In this document: piece after piece, positions 1 through 9,953 of the stretch
Numbering within the stretch: the stretch's first letter is position 1
Layout of the letters: each line of letters begins with the position of its first letter
NCBI GenBank assembly: GCA_965237675.1
Contig: OZ250150.1
Location: 3,008,001-3,072,000, forward strand
Source of the DNA: Candidatus Latescibacterota bacterium
Lineage (GTDB): Bacteria; Latescibacterota; UBA2968; GCA-2709665
DNA: 64,000 bases
Direction of reading: 5' to 3'
Translations under genes and position numbers: made by a program
The notes under the pieces: model-generated
What the model was told of the DNA's origin: nothing
Databases searched by the model: none
Seen by the model: the letters and a program-made list of their open reading frames with translations, nothing else

Positions 1-967
1 CTACACGAGCGAGGGCGCACACATCATGGGCGTCGCTGCCGCGCCGGACGGGAGCATCTGCGGGGGCACGTTCTTTCCCAGGCGCACTTTCAGCTATCGT
101 CCGGGAACCGACACCTGGATCGAGCGGGAAAGCTTCGGCCAGTGGAATACCGTGGGCCGGCAGGGAGACCGCTTCTTTGTGGGCGGGTACGGCAGCGGCT
201 CCCTCCTGGAATGGGATCCGTCCAGACCCTGGGTGACTACGGAAAAGGAGAACCCCGCCTCGAATCCCTTCTTCCACCGGATCTGCACGCCCACCCTGCA
301 TCGCCCGCACAAACTGCTCGTCCATCCCGACGGCAAAACGCTGGTGGTGGCCGGAACCCCTGGCTACGGCTATACGGGCGGCGGGCTGCTCATCTGGGAC
401 TGCGAGGGGCGAACCGGAACCCTGCTGGAACATACCGACCTGTTGCCGGATCACTCAACGGCGAGCCTGGCGGCGCTGCCGGGCGGGAAGCTGTTGGGGG
501 GCACGACGACCAGCCCCGGAACCGGCGGGGAACAGAAGGCCGCCGAAGCCGAACTCTACATCTTCGACCTGGCCGCCAAAGAGGTGGAATGGCGCGAGGT
601 CCTCTTCCCGGGGGCGCAGGAATACACCGACCTCTGTAACGGTACCGACGGCTTCGTCTACGGTTTTGTGGACCGGGCGCGGTTCTTCGTCTTTTGTCCC
701 GAGAGTCGCCAGGTGGTCCATCAGGAAGATACCGAATCGACCTTTGGTCCAACGGCCCACCAGCAGGGGCCGCGCGTCTTCGTGCCGGCTCCTGGAAACG
801 CGGTTTATATTCTCTTTGAAAAAGGCATCGCCCGCGTTGAACACGAGACGTTCGCGATCGACCTGTGCGCCCCTTCACCTGTGACGATCAGCAACGGAGG
901 CGATTACCACGCCGGCCGCATCTATTTCACCAGCGACTCGCATCTTTACAGCTGGGAAATCTCATAG
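1..967 (+). CDS. beta-propeller repeat protein, 5' truncated by window edge
   Basis: Frame open from window start; repeated beta-strand/PDG turns (APDGSI, HPDGKTL, LPGGKLL, GTDGFVY). Confidence 0.65.
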   Translation, partial: YTSEGAHIMGVAAAPDGSICGGTFFPRRTFSYRPGTDTWIERESFGQWNTVGRQGDRFFVGGYGSGSLLEWDPSRPWVTTEKENPASNPFFHRICTPTLHRPHKLLVHPDGKTLVVAGTPGYGYTGGGLLIWDCEGRTGTLLEHTDLLPDHSTASLAALPGGKLLGGTTTSPGTGGEQKAAEAELYIFDLAAKEVEWREVLFPGAQEYTDLCNGTDGFVYGFVDRARFFVFCPESRQVVHQEDTESTFGPTAHQQGPRVFVPAPGNAVYILFEKGIARVEHETFAIDLCAPSPVTISNGGDYHAGRIYFTSDSHLYSWEIS

Positions 968-1033
968 TGGAACGCCACTGCCGGGCCCTTCTTCCGACCT
1001 CGTCGCGGCCGGCCGGCACAAACCGCGATCGCT

Positions 1034-2611
1034 TTAGCCTTCAATAATCCCCCGCAGCCGCTCATCCAGATCCGCCCTGACAACCGGCTGCGGTTCCATC
1101 AGGCGACGGTCTCTCAGCGAACCTCCCACGTCGCGCGCCGGCAGGATTGACCTTGGGTCTCCCAACTCGTCGTCGATCAACGTCGCGAGCAGGCGCTCGA
1201 TCAACTGCTGTTTCACCCCTGTGTATGCCGGATTGTCCCAGAGGTTTCGCAGGTCCTCCGGATCGTTTCGGACGTCGTAAAGTTCGCCGTATGGCGCAGA
1301 CCCATAGTGGAGCAGTTTCCAGTCCTCGGTCACCAGCATCTTGACCTTCATCGCCCCCTCCGCCAGTACGGAAATCCGCTCCACAATTACGGCCTCCCGA
1401 TGCCGATGGACCTCGCCTCGCAGCACCCCCGCGAAGGACCGTCCTTCCATGCCAGGGAGGGCCTCGGCGCCCGCCAGGTCCAGGAACGTCGGTGTCAGGT
1501 CCAGCTGCGTCATGACGCCATCGTACACCCGCCCGTGTTCCCCCGACGGCTGCCGCCAGAAGAACGGCACGCGGTTTACGCATTCGTACGACATCATCGG
1601 TTTGGCTGCAATGCCGTGGTCCTTCAACCCTTCTCCGTGGTCCGACGTAAACACCACGTGGGTATGCTCCCACAGACCCTGCCGATTCAACTCTTCAAAA
1701 ACGTCGCCCATGGCGTCGTCGATGAACGTCGTCAATCCGAAATAGTGCGCCACAATTTCGCCGAAATGTGAGCCATCCCACCCGGTCAGTGTATTGTACC
1801 CTCCGTAGCGCTTTCCGCAACGGGCCCATCCGTAATGCGGCGGTTTGTCTTGTACGTCTTCCGGCGGGACCGGATCCTGCATTTCCGAAGGATCGTACAT
1901 GTCGCAATAGGGCCGAGGAGGCGCGAAGGGCTGATGAGGATCCGCAAAAGACATCCACAGGAAGAACGGCTGATTCGGATCCCGGTTCCGCAGCCAGTTT
2001 ACGGTGCGCTGGCCGGTCCAGTGTGTGTAGTGCCACTGTGCGGGCAGTGCGTTCTTCCACGACATGTAGGCACCCGTGGGGGGTGCCAGGGCATGGTCCT
2101 TTCTCCAAAGCATCAACCCTTGGGGATGGTTCCGTTCCAGCCACACACGCCAATGCCCCGCAGGGTAGGCATGGCCCGTGTGCAACTCCACGTAGTTGAA
2201 CCCGTAGTAGGGCCCGTACCACAAACCGTCTACCGGACTCGCCGTCGCTCCGTCGGGCGAATGGTCGGGCAGCACGTCCTCCAGGTCCGCCGTCCTGAAA
2301 TGCGCCTTTCCGATCAAAGCCGTCTCATACCCCGCCTTCCGCAGGGAATCGCCCAGTACCGGTATGGCCTCGCTCAGGTTGACATCGTGGTTGAATACCT
2401 GGTGGCCCCGCTGGCTTCTCCCTGTAATCATGCTCGCCCGGGAGGGCATACATATCGCATTGGTCGGATACATGCGGCTGAACTGATCGCCCTCAAGGGC
2501 CAGCCGATCCATGCACGGCGTCCGCAGCACAGGATTGTGAATCCCGACCGCGTCCCAGCGTTGCTGGTCGGTTGTGATGAATAGGAAGTTTGGATGCGCC
2601 GGCTGACTCAT
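1034..2611 (-). CDS. formylglycine-dependent sulfatase
   Basis: PNFLFITTDQQR N-terminus, CMPSR (CxPxR) signature, GKAH, FTSDHG, ELYD..DPE; start set at MSQPAHP. Confidence 0.92.
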   Translation of the reverse strand: MSQPAHPNFLFITTDQQRWDAVGIHNPVLRTPCMDRLALEGDQFSRMYPTNAICMPSRASMITGRSQRGHQVFNHDVNLSEAIPVLGDSLRKAGYETALIGKAHFRTADLEDVLPDHSPDGATASPVDGLWYGPYYGFNYVELHTGHAYPAGHWRVWLERNHPQGLMLWRKDHALAPPTGAYMSWKNALPAQWHYTHWTGQRTVNWLRNRDPNQPFFLWMSFADPHQPFAPPRPYCDMYDPSEMQDPVPPEDVQDKPPHYGWARCGKRYGGYNTLTGWDGSHFGEIVAHYFGLTTFIDDAMGDVFEELNRQGLWEHTHVVFTSDHGEGLKDHGIAAKPMMSYECVNRVPFFWRQPSGEHGRVYDGVMTQLDLTPTFLDLAGAEALPGMEGRSFAGVLRGEVHRHREAVIVERISVLAEGAMKVKMLVTEDWKLLHYGSAPYGELYDVRNDPEDLRNLWDNPAYTGVKQQLIERLLATLIDDELGDPRSILPARDVGGSLRDRRLMEPQPVVRADLDERLRGIIEG

Positions 2612-2695
2612 AAGCGATTCACCGTTCCGGCCTCCAGTGTAGGCTTCCCGAGCTGAAGTCGGACGTCGGATCAGAATGTGGACCACAGAAAGTCC

Positions 2696-3430
2696 TTAAG
2701 GATTGCATTTTGTGGCCTTTTCCTTCCAATTCTCGTAAAACCGTCTTGCGTATCCCCTGAAGACATCCAGCTTCCCCACCACAGCCCGTTCGAAATCCAC
2801 CATCGCATCTTCTCCCAGCGTATCCACCAGGGCTCTGTGGTACGCCGGCACGGCGCCCCACTCTTCGATGGTATCCTCCGTAATCTCGATATGAAACTGG
2901 GCGGTGATCGCGTGATCCCCCATACTCATCGCCTGAACCGCGCACAACTCCGACGATGCAAGGACCTCCAGTTCATCCGGCACCGCCGTCACCGCCGAGC
3001 TATGCCATTGCAGACAGGGCAGCGTCGCGGGGAAACCCCGGAAGAAACCACTCGCCTTACCCGGTGTCGTGAGGGAAATATCCATCACCCCCACCTCGGG
3101 CCGGTCGTTCAGGCCCACGGTACCGCCTAGGGCTGCCGCCAGCAACTGGTGGCCGAGGCAGATGCCCACAAACGGCATCTTTCTCTCGACCACTGCGTAC
3201 CGAATGGCGGCTTTCTCCTCGATCAACCACGGATGAACATCCTCTTCCCAGACGTCCATGGGCCCACCCATCACCCATAACGCGTCGTAGGCGTACGGAT
3301 CCGGGATGCGCTCTCCCGCATCCAGTTCCACGACGTCCCACGAAATTCCGTCCTCGGCGAAGAACTCGCGAAACAGGCCGGGATGTTCGACGTCCAGGTG
3401 TTGAAAGACGAGCAGACGTTTAAGGGCCAT
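2696..3430 (-). CDS. class I glutamine amidotransferase-like protein
   Basis: MGGPM, GICLGHQ nucleophile elbow, QFHIE (H-x-E). Confidence 0.9.
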   Translation of the reverse strand: MALKRLLVFQHLDVEHPGLFREFFAEDGISWDVVELDAGERIPDPYAYDALWVMGGPMDVWEEDVHPWLIEEKAAIRYAVVERKMPFVGICLGHQLLAAALGGTVGLNDRPEVGVMDISLTTPGKASGFFRGFPATLPCLQWHSSAVTAVPDELEVLASSELCAVQAMSMGDHAITAQFHIEITEDTIEEWGAVPAYHRALVDTLGEDAMVDFERAVVGKLDVFRGYARRFYENWKEKATKCNP

Positions 3431-3609
3431 GATTTCCTCTCGGTTTTTCCTTCTGGATTCCAGGCCAGGAAATCAATATGTTGTTACCAGGGGCAGTGAA
3501 TAGTTGACGTTTTTTTCCTGCCATGCAGAGGAGTTCGATGTCAACTATAACGTGCTCCCGGTAATATGCAAGAAGCGTAGGGGTCACATACGCTTGTTCC
3601 CATCTGCTG

Positions 3610-3716
3610 CCCTGGGCTTGCCGAAACGTGGTCATTGCGTGCGTTGAGCTTGTCGAAATGCCCACGCTGTCGCCACCCTTCGCCGACCCTTCGACAACCC
3701 TTCGACAAGCTCAGGG
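3610..3716. repeat. REP-like palindromic element (TGAGCTTGTCGAA ... TTCGACAAGCTCAGGG)
   Basis: Inverted pair 3645-3657 / 3701-3713, degenerate extra copy at 3610-3625, ACCCTTCG stutter. Confidence 0.6.
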
Positions 3717-3776
3717 TGCCGGCTTAGGGCAGGGCGTAGGAACGACTCCGTTCAACGTCACACGGAGGCAGACACC

Positions 3777-4490
3777 ATGAATCTGTTGCGGAAATGCGGC
3801 GCGGAATTTATCGGCGCTTTTGCCATTGTACTGGGCGGATGCGGCGCCATTGCCGTCAACCAGATCAGCGGCGGTGCCGTCTCCCACGTGGGAATCGCCA
3901 CCGCCTTCGGGCTTATCGTGATGACGATGGTGTACGCCACCGGCCACATCTCGGGCGCCCATTTCAATCCCGCCGTGACCGTTGCCTTTTCCTTCACGAG
4001 GCACTTTCCCAAGCGGGAGATCGTCCCGTACATTGCCGCCCAATGCCTCGGCGCCGTTCTCGCCAGTTGCATCCACCTTGTCACGCTTTCGCCCGTGCTG
4101 AAACTCCGGCTGCCGGGCCAACGCCTCGATCTGGGTGTCACGCAACCCCTGGACGGCGCATGGACCACGGCCTTCGTCTGGGAATTCCTGCTCGCCTTCC
4201 TGCTGATGGTCGTCATCATGGCGGTTGCCACGGACTACCGGGCCACGGGCCATGCCGCCGGCCTCGCCATCGGCGGCACGATCTGGTTCGAAGCCATGTT
4301 CGCGGGCCCCCTATGCGGTGCGTCCATGAACCCCGCCCGCAGCCTGGGTCCGGCCCTTGTCTCAGGCAACTGGCAGCATTTCACGGCGTATGCCGCCGGA
4401 CCCGTGCTGGGCGCGCTTGCCGGCGCCCTTTTCTACGAATTTATCCGGTGCCACCCCGGGGATGAAACCGAAGTCAAGGGATGCTGCTGA
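3777..4490 (+). CDS. MIP-family aquaporin/aquaglyceroporin with C-terminal Cys-Cys
   Basis: SGAHFNPAVT and SMNPARS NPA motifs, six hydrophobic segments, ends in KGCC. Confidence 0.93.
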   Translation: MNLLRKCGAEFIGAFAIVLGGCGAIAVNQISGGAVSHVGIATAFGLIVMTMVYATGHISGAHFNPAVTVAFSFTRHFPKREIVPYIAAQCLGAVLASCIHLVTLSPVLKLRLPGQRLDLGVTQPLDGAWTTAFVWEFLLAFLLMVVIMAVATDYRATGHAAGLAIGGTIWFEAMFAGPLCGASMNPARSLGPALVSGNWQHFTAYAAGPVLGALAGALFYEFIRCHPGDETEVKGCC

Positions 4491-4539
4491 GAAACAGCAT
4501 CAGCATCGTCCCTCGACGTCCAAACGCAATGCCTCCGCC

Positions 4540-5376
4540 TTAAATCACGAGCGCAACTGCGAGTATGGCCAGCCCCACACCGGCGGCGGCGACGCGGTTG
4601 AGGCGTTCTTTCCAGAAGAAATGGGCGGACAGATTGTCGAGCAGGATCACGCTGCAACCCACAGCGGGGTAAAAAAGGGTGCCGGGCAGTCGGCTGAGGG
4701 CAACCATGATGACGCACAGCGCCAAGGCGTTATACGTGCCGAGGCTAACCCCCATTGCAAGTTCGGACCGCCTGGGGCGACGCATCCTCCCCGCAATGAA
4801 GGTGAAACCGATCGTGCCCGCGGTGGCGCCCATCACCATCAGGATCTGGACGAATTCCCCGTCGAGTCCGGCATAGTGAACCGAACGCAGGCAGGAGTGA
4901 CTCAGGCCCTGGGCGAAAAAAACCGCGAACAGCAGGCCGAAGGTTTTTGCGCCGGTCGCGTGGGCGCTTCCCCTCGCGCCCGAGGTCATCATCAGCAGCG
5001 CGGGAAAGGCAAGTATGATGCCTCCGAATTGAGTGGGTACAACCGGTTCCTGCCAGAGCCAGATTCCCAGGGCAACGGGCACCGCAATGGAAATACGAAA
5101 GGCCGTCAACACGGCCCCGACGGATGCGATTTCCAGGACGCGCATCATCAATGACATCGATCCGATGAATATCGCCCCTGTAATCAGGCCTGTCTGCAGC
5201 GCGGCTGCCGAAAACGTGAACCGACCCGTGGCCAGCAGATAGATGGCGAGGACCGCGCAGAGCGTCAGATAATTTGTGGAAACCACGACGGGCGCGTAAT
5301 AGCCGCGACGCTGGGAGAATTTGCAGATCTGGACAAATCCGAAATCAAGTAGAATCGCGAGTAGCAACCAGGTCAA
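4540..5376 (-). CDS. DMT/EamA-like membrane transporter
   Basis: About 10 hydrophobic segments in two repeats; LWQE and FFWKERL motifs. Confidence 0.75.
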   Translation of the reverse strand: MTWLLLAILLDFGFVQICKFSQRRGYYAPVVVSTNYLTLCAVLAIYLLATGRFTFSAAALQTGLITGAIFIGSMSLMMRVLEIASVGAVLTAFRISIAVPVALGIWLWQEPVVPTQFGGIILAFPALLMMTSGARGSAHATGAKTFGLLFAVFFAQGLSHSCLRSVHYAGLDGEFVQILMVMGATAGTIGFTFIAGRMRRPRRSELAMGVSLGTYNALALCVIMVALSRLPGTLFYPAVGCSVILLDNLSAHFFWKERLNRVAAAGVGLAILAVALVI

Positions 5377-5544
5377 TTCGGGCGCCTCTTCCGTCTTTTC
5401 AGGCCAACCACAGCAGGAATGATGCGTTTTAAGAATTCCGCCGAGCCGGACGGGTTTTTGCCGTCTGATCAGGCTCTACGGGTGTGCAATCCGTTCGAGG
5501 GGTCCTTGAGAATACGCGATTTGAAGTCCTGATGCGAAGTTCGT

Positions 5545-6324
5545 TTACGGCACCTGACTCCAGACCTCGCGGATCCATGGCAGGGCTGCCTTCAACGGCG
5601 CAATAAACAGATCGGTCTCGAAGTGCGTCAAACCCTGTACAACAATCATCTCGATACGAACGCCTTTGGCAATCAGCGTCCGCACCGTCGTTTCCACCGG
5701 TTCGAACGGAATCACCTCATCCGCAACGCTGTGGATGACCAGCAGGGGAATCTGCCAGTCCACGTCGGCGGCATTCTCCTCCGGCCTCGCCGAAATGGGA
5801 ATCGCGGCCCGAAAGAGTTCCGGGTGTCGCGCCGCCATATACCAGGTGCCCCGCCCGCCCATGCTGAAACCCGTCACAAGCGTCCTGGTTTCGTCAATCG
5901 TGTAGTTGGCCTTGATTGCCCGGATCAGATCCAGCACATTCTTCTCGCTCTCCGCGTTGTCCCAACCCCCCGACATGGCGTCGGGCGCAACGACGATCGC
6001 CCCAAGATCCTCCAGCGCAGGCAGGACCAGAATCTCCAGCATCCCGCCGCCGTAAAATGGCGTCACCGTTCCGCCGAAGTGCAGTGACAGAATCAGAGGC
6101 GCGCCACGCTGTGCGTCGTATCCGGCCGGTATGGAGATGGTATACCGCTGGGAACCGGGCAGCAGCACCCTGCGATAGATACCGGGCGACTGTGGCAAGT
6201 CCTCCTCGCCGGACCCCACCGGATCGTCGGACCCGCAGGCTGCCACCGCAACTGCAAGCGCTCCCGCCAGCAGCCAATAACTGGCTGGCGATTTTTTTCC
6301 TAACCATCGGCACAAGAAATTCAT
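5545..6324 (-). CDS. alpha/beta-hydrolase lipoprotein (esterase/peptidase)
   Basis: Signal peptide with lipobox VAAC, GFSMG nucleophile, HSVADEVIP; start set at MNFLCRW. Confidence 0.8.
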   Translation of the reverse strand: MNFLCRWLGKKSPASYWLLAGALAVAVAACGSDDPVGSGEEDLPQSPGIYRRVLLPGSQRYTISIPAGYDAQRGAPLILSLHFGGTVTPFYGGGMLEILVLPALEDLGAIVVAPDAMSGGWDNAESEKNVLDLIRAIKANYTIDETRTLVTGFSMGGRGTWYMAARHPELFRAAIPISARPEENAADVDWQIPLLVIHSVADEVIPFEPVETTVRTLIAKGVRIEMIVVQGLTHFETDLFIAPLKAALPWIREVWSQVP

Positions 6325-6417
6325 ATCTTTCCCCAATCCGAATCTGTGGACATGTCCCCGTGGCTTCAATATACGGTATCCGGGATTCACAACAAAACGG
6401 GTATTGAAGGACGCATC

Positions 6418-8040
6418 ATGACCGGCGCCGACATACTTATCCGGAGTCTCAAAGCCCAGAACATCCGATGCATCGTCGGTATGCCGGGCAACCAGAATAT
6501 CGACATTTACGACGCCCTGCTGCGGGCGGGCGGTATCGACCATTACCTCATCCGCAACGAACAGGGCGCAACGCTCGTCGCCAACGGATATGCCCGGGCG
6601 TCGGGCGAAGTGGGGGTTGCGCTCACCGTTCCCGGCCCCGGCGCCACGAACGCGTCCACGGGTATCGTCGACGCCCATACCGACTGCGTTCCGGTTCTGC
6701 TCATTACCGGCGGCACCGAAGTGGCCTTCAACGGGCGCGACCGGAGCAAGTGTTTCCACGGCCTGGATCAGGCCGCCTTCTTTGCGCCGATTACCCGGTT
6801 CTTCGCGCGCCCGGAACGTCTGGAGGACATTCCGGAAGCCGTCGTGGGCGCCTTCACCGCGTTGCGCGCGCCCCGGCCGGGGCCGGCCGTAATCGAGCTT
6901 CCCGTCGACGTTGCCGCCGCCGAGGGTGACGCAGACGTCCCCATCTACGTGGAGGGCCACCGCACCGAGCCGGACCCGGCGGACCTCCGGCGGGTCGCCG
7001 AAGTCATCGCGCGTATGGAAAGGCCGGCCATTCTCACGGGCGGCAATACGGCCGATTCGAACGCGGCCGCGGAACTTCGCGCGCTTTCCGAAACCCTCAA
7101 CGCGCCCGTGCTCTTCACCCGGCTCGGTAAGGGCGTCTTCCCGGATTCCCACCGGCTATCCGCGGGCCACTGCCGTGCCGGACTGGCGAATCGCGTTCTG
7201 AAGAGGGCCGATGGGCTGATTGCCGTGGGTTGCCGTTTTACCCAGATCGACACGTCGGGCTGGACCATGAAACTGCCTCCCACCCGCGTGCAACTCGATC
7301 CCGATCCCTCCGAACTCGGCCGCGAAATCTCAATCGACGCGGGCGCCGCGGGAGACCTGAAGCAGTCCCTGCCCTTTCTCCTCGATGCACTGGCTGAGAC
7401 GGAACAAACGGCGATTGGCTGGAACGATACGCTGCAACGGTTGCGGAAAGAGATCGCCATGGTCCGTCAACCGCTGCCAATGATGTCGGCGATGCGTGAG
7501 CACCTCGATTCAGACGCCGTCGTTTCGGTGGACGTCACCTCCATCGGATACCGATCCTTCGATGAATTCCCGATCGACCATCCCCGTTGTTTTCTGTATC
7601 CGTGTCACTCGGTGACCCTCGGTTTCGCGGCCCCCGCCGCCATCGGCGCCAAACTCGCCCAGCCCCACCGCCAGGTGGCCGCCTTCTGCGGCGACGGTGG
7701 ATTTCAGATGACGGCATTCGAACTGGCAACCGCCGCCGAACATGGAATCGAAATCATCTGCGTGGTCATCAACGACGGCAGCCTCAGCGCCATCCGGGGC
7801 GCCCAGGCCAAATCGTTCGACGGTCGGACCATAGACACCGATATGCAGACCCCCCGCATTGCCGAACTGGCCCGCTCCATGGGTGCCCGGGGGATTCGGG
7901 TGGATGAACCGGACCGCTTTCCCGCCGTCTTTGCCGATGTAATCGGCCTCGAGGGGCCGACGGTTATCGAAGTCGTAATGCAAAAACAACGCGACCACCT
8001 CATCCGGCAGGTTCCGTGGTTGTATCCGGACCAGACGTGA
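6418..8040 (+). CDS. thiamine-diphosphate-binding enzyme (acetolactate synthase-like)
   Basis: MTGADILIRSL, RNEQGA, PGPGATN, GDGGF...NDG ThDP motif. Confidence 0.9.
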   Translation: MTGADILIRSLKAQNIRCIVGMPGNQNIDIYDALLRAGGIDHYLIRNEQGATLVANGYARASGEVGVALTVPGPGATNASTGIVDAHTDCVPVLLITGGTEVAFNGRDRSKCFHGLDQAAFFAPITRFFARPERLEDIPEAVVGAFTALRAPRPGPAVIELPVDVAAAEGDADVPIYVEGHRTEPDPADLRRVAEVIARMERPAILTGGNTADSNAAAELRALSETLNAPVLFTRLGKGVFPDSHRLSAGHCRAGLANRVLKRADGLIAVGCRFTQIDTSGWTMKLPPTRVQLDPDPSELGREISIDAGAAGDLKQSLPFLLDALAETEQTAIGWNDTLQRLRKEIAMVRQPLPMMSAMREHLDSDAVVSVDVTSIGYRSFDEFPIDHPRCFLYPCHSVTLGFAAPAAIGAKLAQPHRQVAAFCGDGGFQMTAFELATAAEHGIEIICVVINDGSLSAIRGAQAKSFDGRTIDTDMQTPRIAELARSMGARGIRVDEPDRFPAVFADVIGLEGPTVIEVVMQKQRDHLIRQVPWLYPDQT

Positions 8041-8067
8041 CGTGCGAATTTACGGAAGAGAGGCACG

Positions 8068-9201
8068 ATGAAAATTACCGAGGTCAAGACGTTTCCCGTA
8101 TTTTACGGTTCCCGAAACTACCTCTTTGTCAAAATTGAAACCGACGAAGGCATCTACGGCGTGGGTGAATTCGGCATCACGTGGAAGGAGCAGGCCGGCG
8201 TCGGCGCCATCCGGCACATGGCCTCCGATCTCATCGGTCAGGATCCGCTCAACATAGAAACCATCTGGCAGATCCTGTTCAGGGGCGACTTCTTCCCGGG
8301 TGGGCGCATCCACATGGCGGCGATAAGCGCGATCGATATCGCCCTGTGGGACATCAAGGGCAAGGCACTGAACCAGCCGGTCTATATGCTGCTGGGCGGC
8401 AGGATCCGGGACCGTGTGGTCTGCTACACCGGCATCGGCGGCAGGAGTCCTGAAGAAACGGCACGTTCAGCGAAGGACCGGGTCTCCGAAGGGTGGAAAT
8501 ATCTGCGCATGTCCGTCCTCGATCGTGACGGCGTCCTTGAACCCTCAACGGCCGTTCGGGATTCGGTAGCGCACTTCGCCGCGGTTCGGGAAGCCGTTGG
8601 CCCGGAAATCGAAATCTGCATCGACGTTCACACACGGCTGGACCCGCCCGACACGATCCGCCTGGGTCGCAAACTGGAATCGTACGATCCGTTTTTCATC
8701 GAAGACCCTCTCAGATGTGAAAACCCGCAAACCTACCGGCTGGTCCGCAACCACGTGAACTGTCCGCTTGCCGTGGGCGAACACTACGCCAGCAAGTGGG
8801 AATTCCGCCAACTCATCGAAGAAGAACTGGCCGACTACGCGCGCATCGACCTCTGTATTGTCGGCGGTCTCACCGAGGCTCGCAAGGTGGCCAACTGGTG
8901 CGAGACCCACTACATCAAAATCGTACCCCACAACCCGCTTGGACCGGTTTCGGCCGCCGCCTGCCTCCACCTGGACGTTGCCACGGACAACTTCGCCGTG
9001 CAGGAAGGCGGTCTGGTTGGACGCACCGTCATGGAGGACCTGTTTCCCGTACAGGTGCCGTACGAATCGGGTTACCTTATTGCGCCCGACCGCCCCGGGC
9101 TGGGGGTCGAATTCGACGAAGCCGCGGCCGGGAAATATCCGTTCCGGTGGGGGCACGGCCCCCGTCTTCAACGGGAAGACGGATCGTTCACGAACTGGTA
9201 G
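8068..9201 (+). CDS. mandelate racemase/galactonate dehydratase-like enolase-superfamily protein
   Basis: AISAIDIALWDIKGKAL, metal ligands DVH/EDP/GE, PHN, PGLGVEFDE. Confidence 0.92.
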   Translation: MKITEVKTFPVFYGSRNYLFVKIETDEGIYGVGEFGITWKEQAGVGAIRHMASDLIGQDPLNIETIWQILFRGDFFPGGRIHMAAISAIDIALWDIKGKALNQPVYMLLGGRIRDRVVCYTGIGGRSPEETARSAKDRVSEGWKYLRMSVLDRDGVLEPSTAVRDSVAHFAAVREAVGPEIEICIDVHTRLDPPDTIRLGRKLESYDPFFIEDPLRCENPQTYRLVRNHVNCPLAVGEHYASKWEFRQLIEEELADYARIDLCIVGGLTEARKVANWCETHYIKIVPHNPLGPVSAAACLHLDVATDNFAVQEGGLVGRTVMEDLFPVQVPYESGYLIAPDRPGLGVEFDEAAAGKYPFRWGHGPRLQREDGSFTNW

Positions 9202-9295
9202 CCTGCGAAGCGGCGCGTAACGCAACAGGGTGGGTAGTGAGACGCGGAGCGGACGGCCGAAATGCCGGGCGACGTTCGAAAATAACCAGACGTAC

Positions 9296-9336
9296 AAAAA
9301 AAGGGCTACGCCTTGTTGGCGTAACCCTTTGTTTTT
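9296..9336. terminator. bidirectional intrinsic terminator
   Basis: AAAGGGCTACGCC-loop-GGCGTAACCCTTT hairpin with A and T tracts, between convergent units. Confidence 0.75.
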
Positions 9337-9338
9337 CA

Positions 9339-9425
9339 TGGTGCCGAAGCCGAGACTCGAACTCGGACGGGCATGCGCCCACTGCGCCCTCAACACAGCG
9401 TGTCTACCATTTCCACCACTTCGGC
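9339..9425 (-). tRNA. tRNA-Leu(GAG)
   Basis: Reverse complement GCCGAAG...TGGTAGAC...CTGTG-TTGAGGG-CGCAG, long variable arm, GTTCGAGTC, CTTCGGC-ACCA; usual position after secG. Confidence 0.96.
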
Positions 9426-9533
9426 AAAAAAGAACCGACCCCCTGCAGCACCGATCGGAGAACCTGTGTCAGACGGATTCGCCGACACCGGCTCTCATTC
9501 GATTCGTGACGTCCTGCGGGTCGGAAGGAGCCG

Positions 9534-9929
9534 CTACCGCCCCGTATCGGCCGGAGAAGTTGCCGGTGCGGTTCTTTCGGTAGCCGTACCCTGTCTGGTT
9601 TCTCCCAGTGGCAGAGGTTGGCCTCGATGCGTGCCTCGAAGCGGCACGGGCTGTTCCCGGAGCGCCCGCTCGGCCGCGGTGTCCGGCGCCGTAGTGTCGC
9701 CTCTGGACGTATACCAGAGGCCGATACAGGTCAGGAAAAAGGCCACCGCAAGAAACGTCGTTACCTTGCTGAGAAACGTTGCGGCGCCAGCCCCACCAAA
9801 CATCGCGCTCCCGCCGCCGCCGCCGCCAAAAGCGGTGGACAACCCACCCCCTTTACTGGCTTGCAGGAGGATGGATACGACTAAGATCAGGCATACCAGA
9901 ATATGTACGATCAGTAGAAAGGTTGCCAT
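9534..9929 (-). CDS. secG: preprotein translocase subunit SecG
   Basis: ILLQASKGGGLS..FGG and FLSKVT motifs; tpiA-secG-tRNA-Leu synteny. Confidence 0.95.
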   Translation of the reverse strand: MATFLLIVHILVCLILVVSILLQASKGGGLSTAFGGGGGGSAMFGGAGAATFLSKVTTFLAVAFFLTCIGLWYTSRGDTTAPDTAAERALREQPVPLRGTHRGQPLPLGETRQGTATERTAPATSPADTGR

Positions 9930-9953
9930 ATTATTTCCCTGAGCAAAAACAGG

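Noticed and set aside
6325-7152. N-terminal extension of the 535-aa minus-strand ORF
   Set aside because: Overlaps the TPP enzyme antisense; the signal peptide starts at 6324
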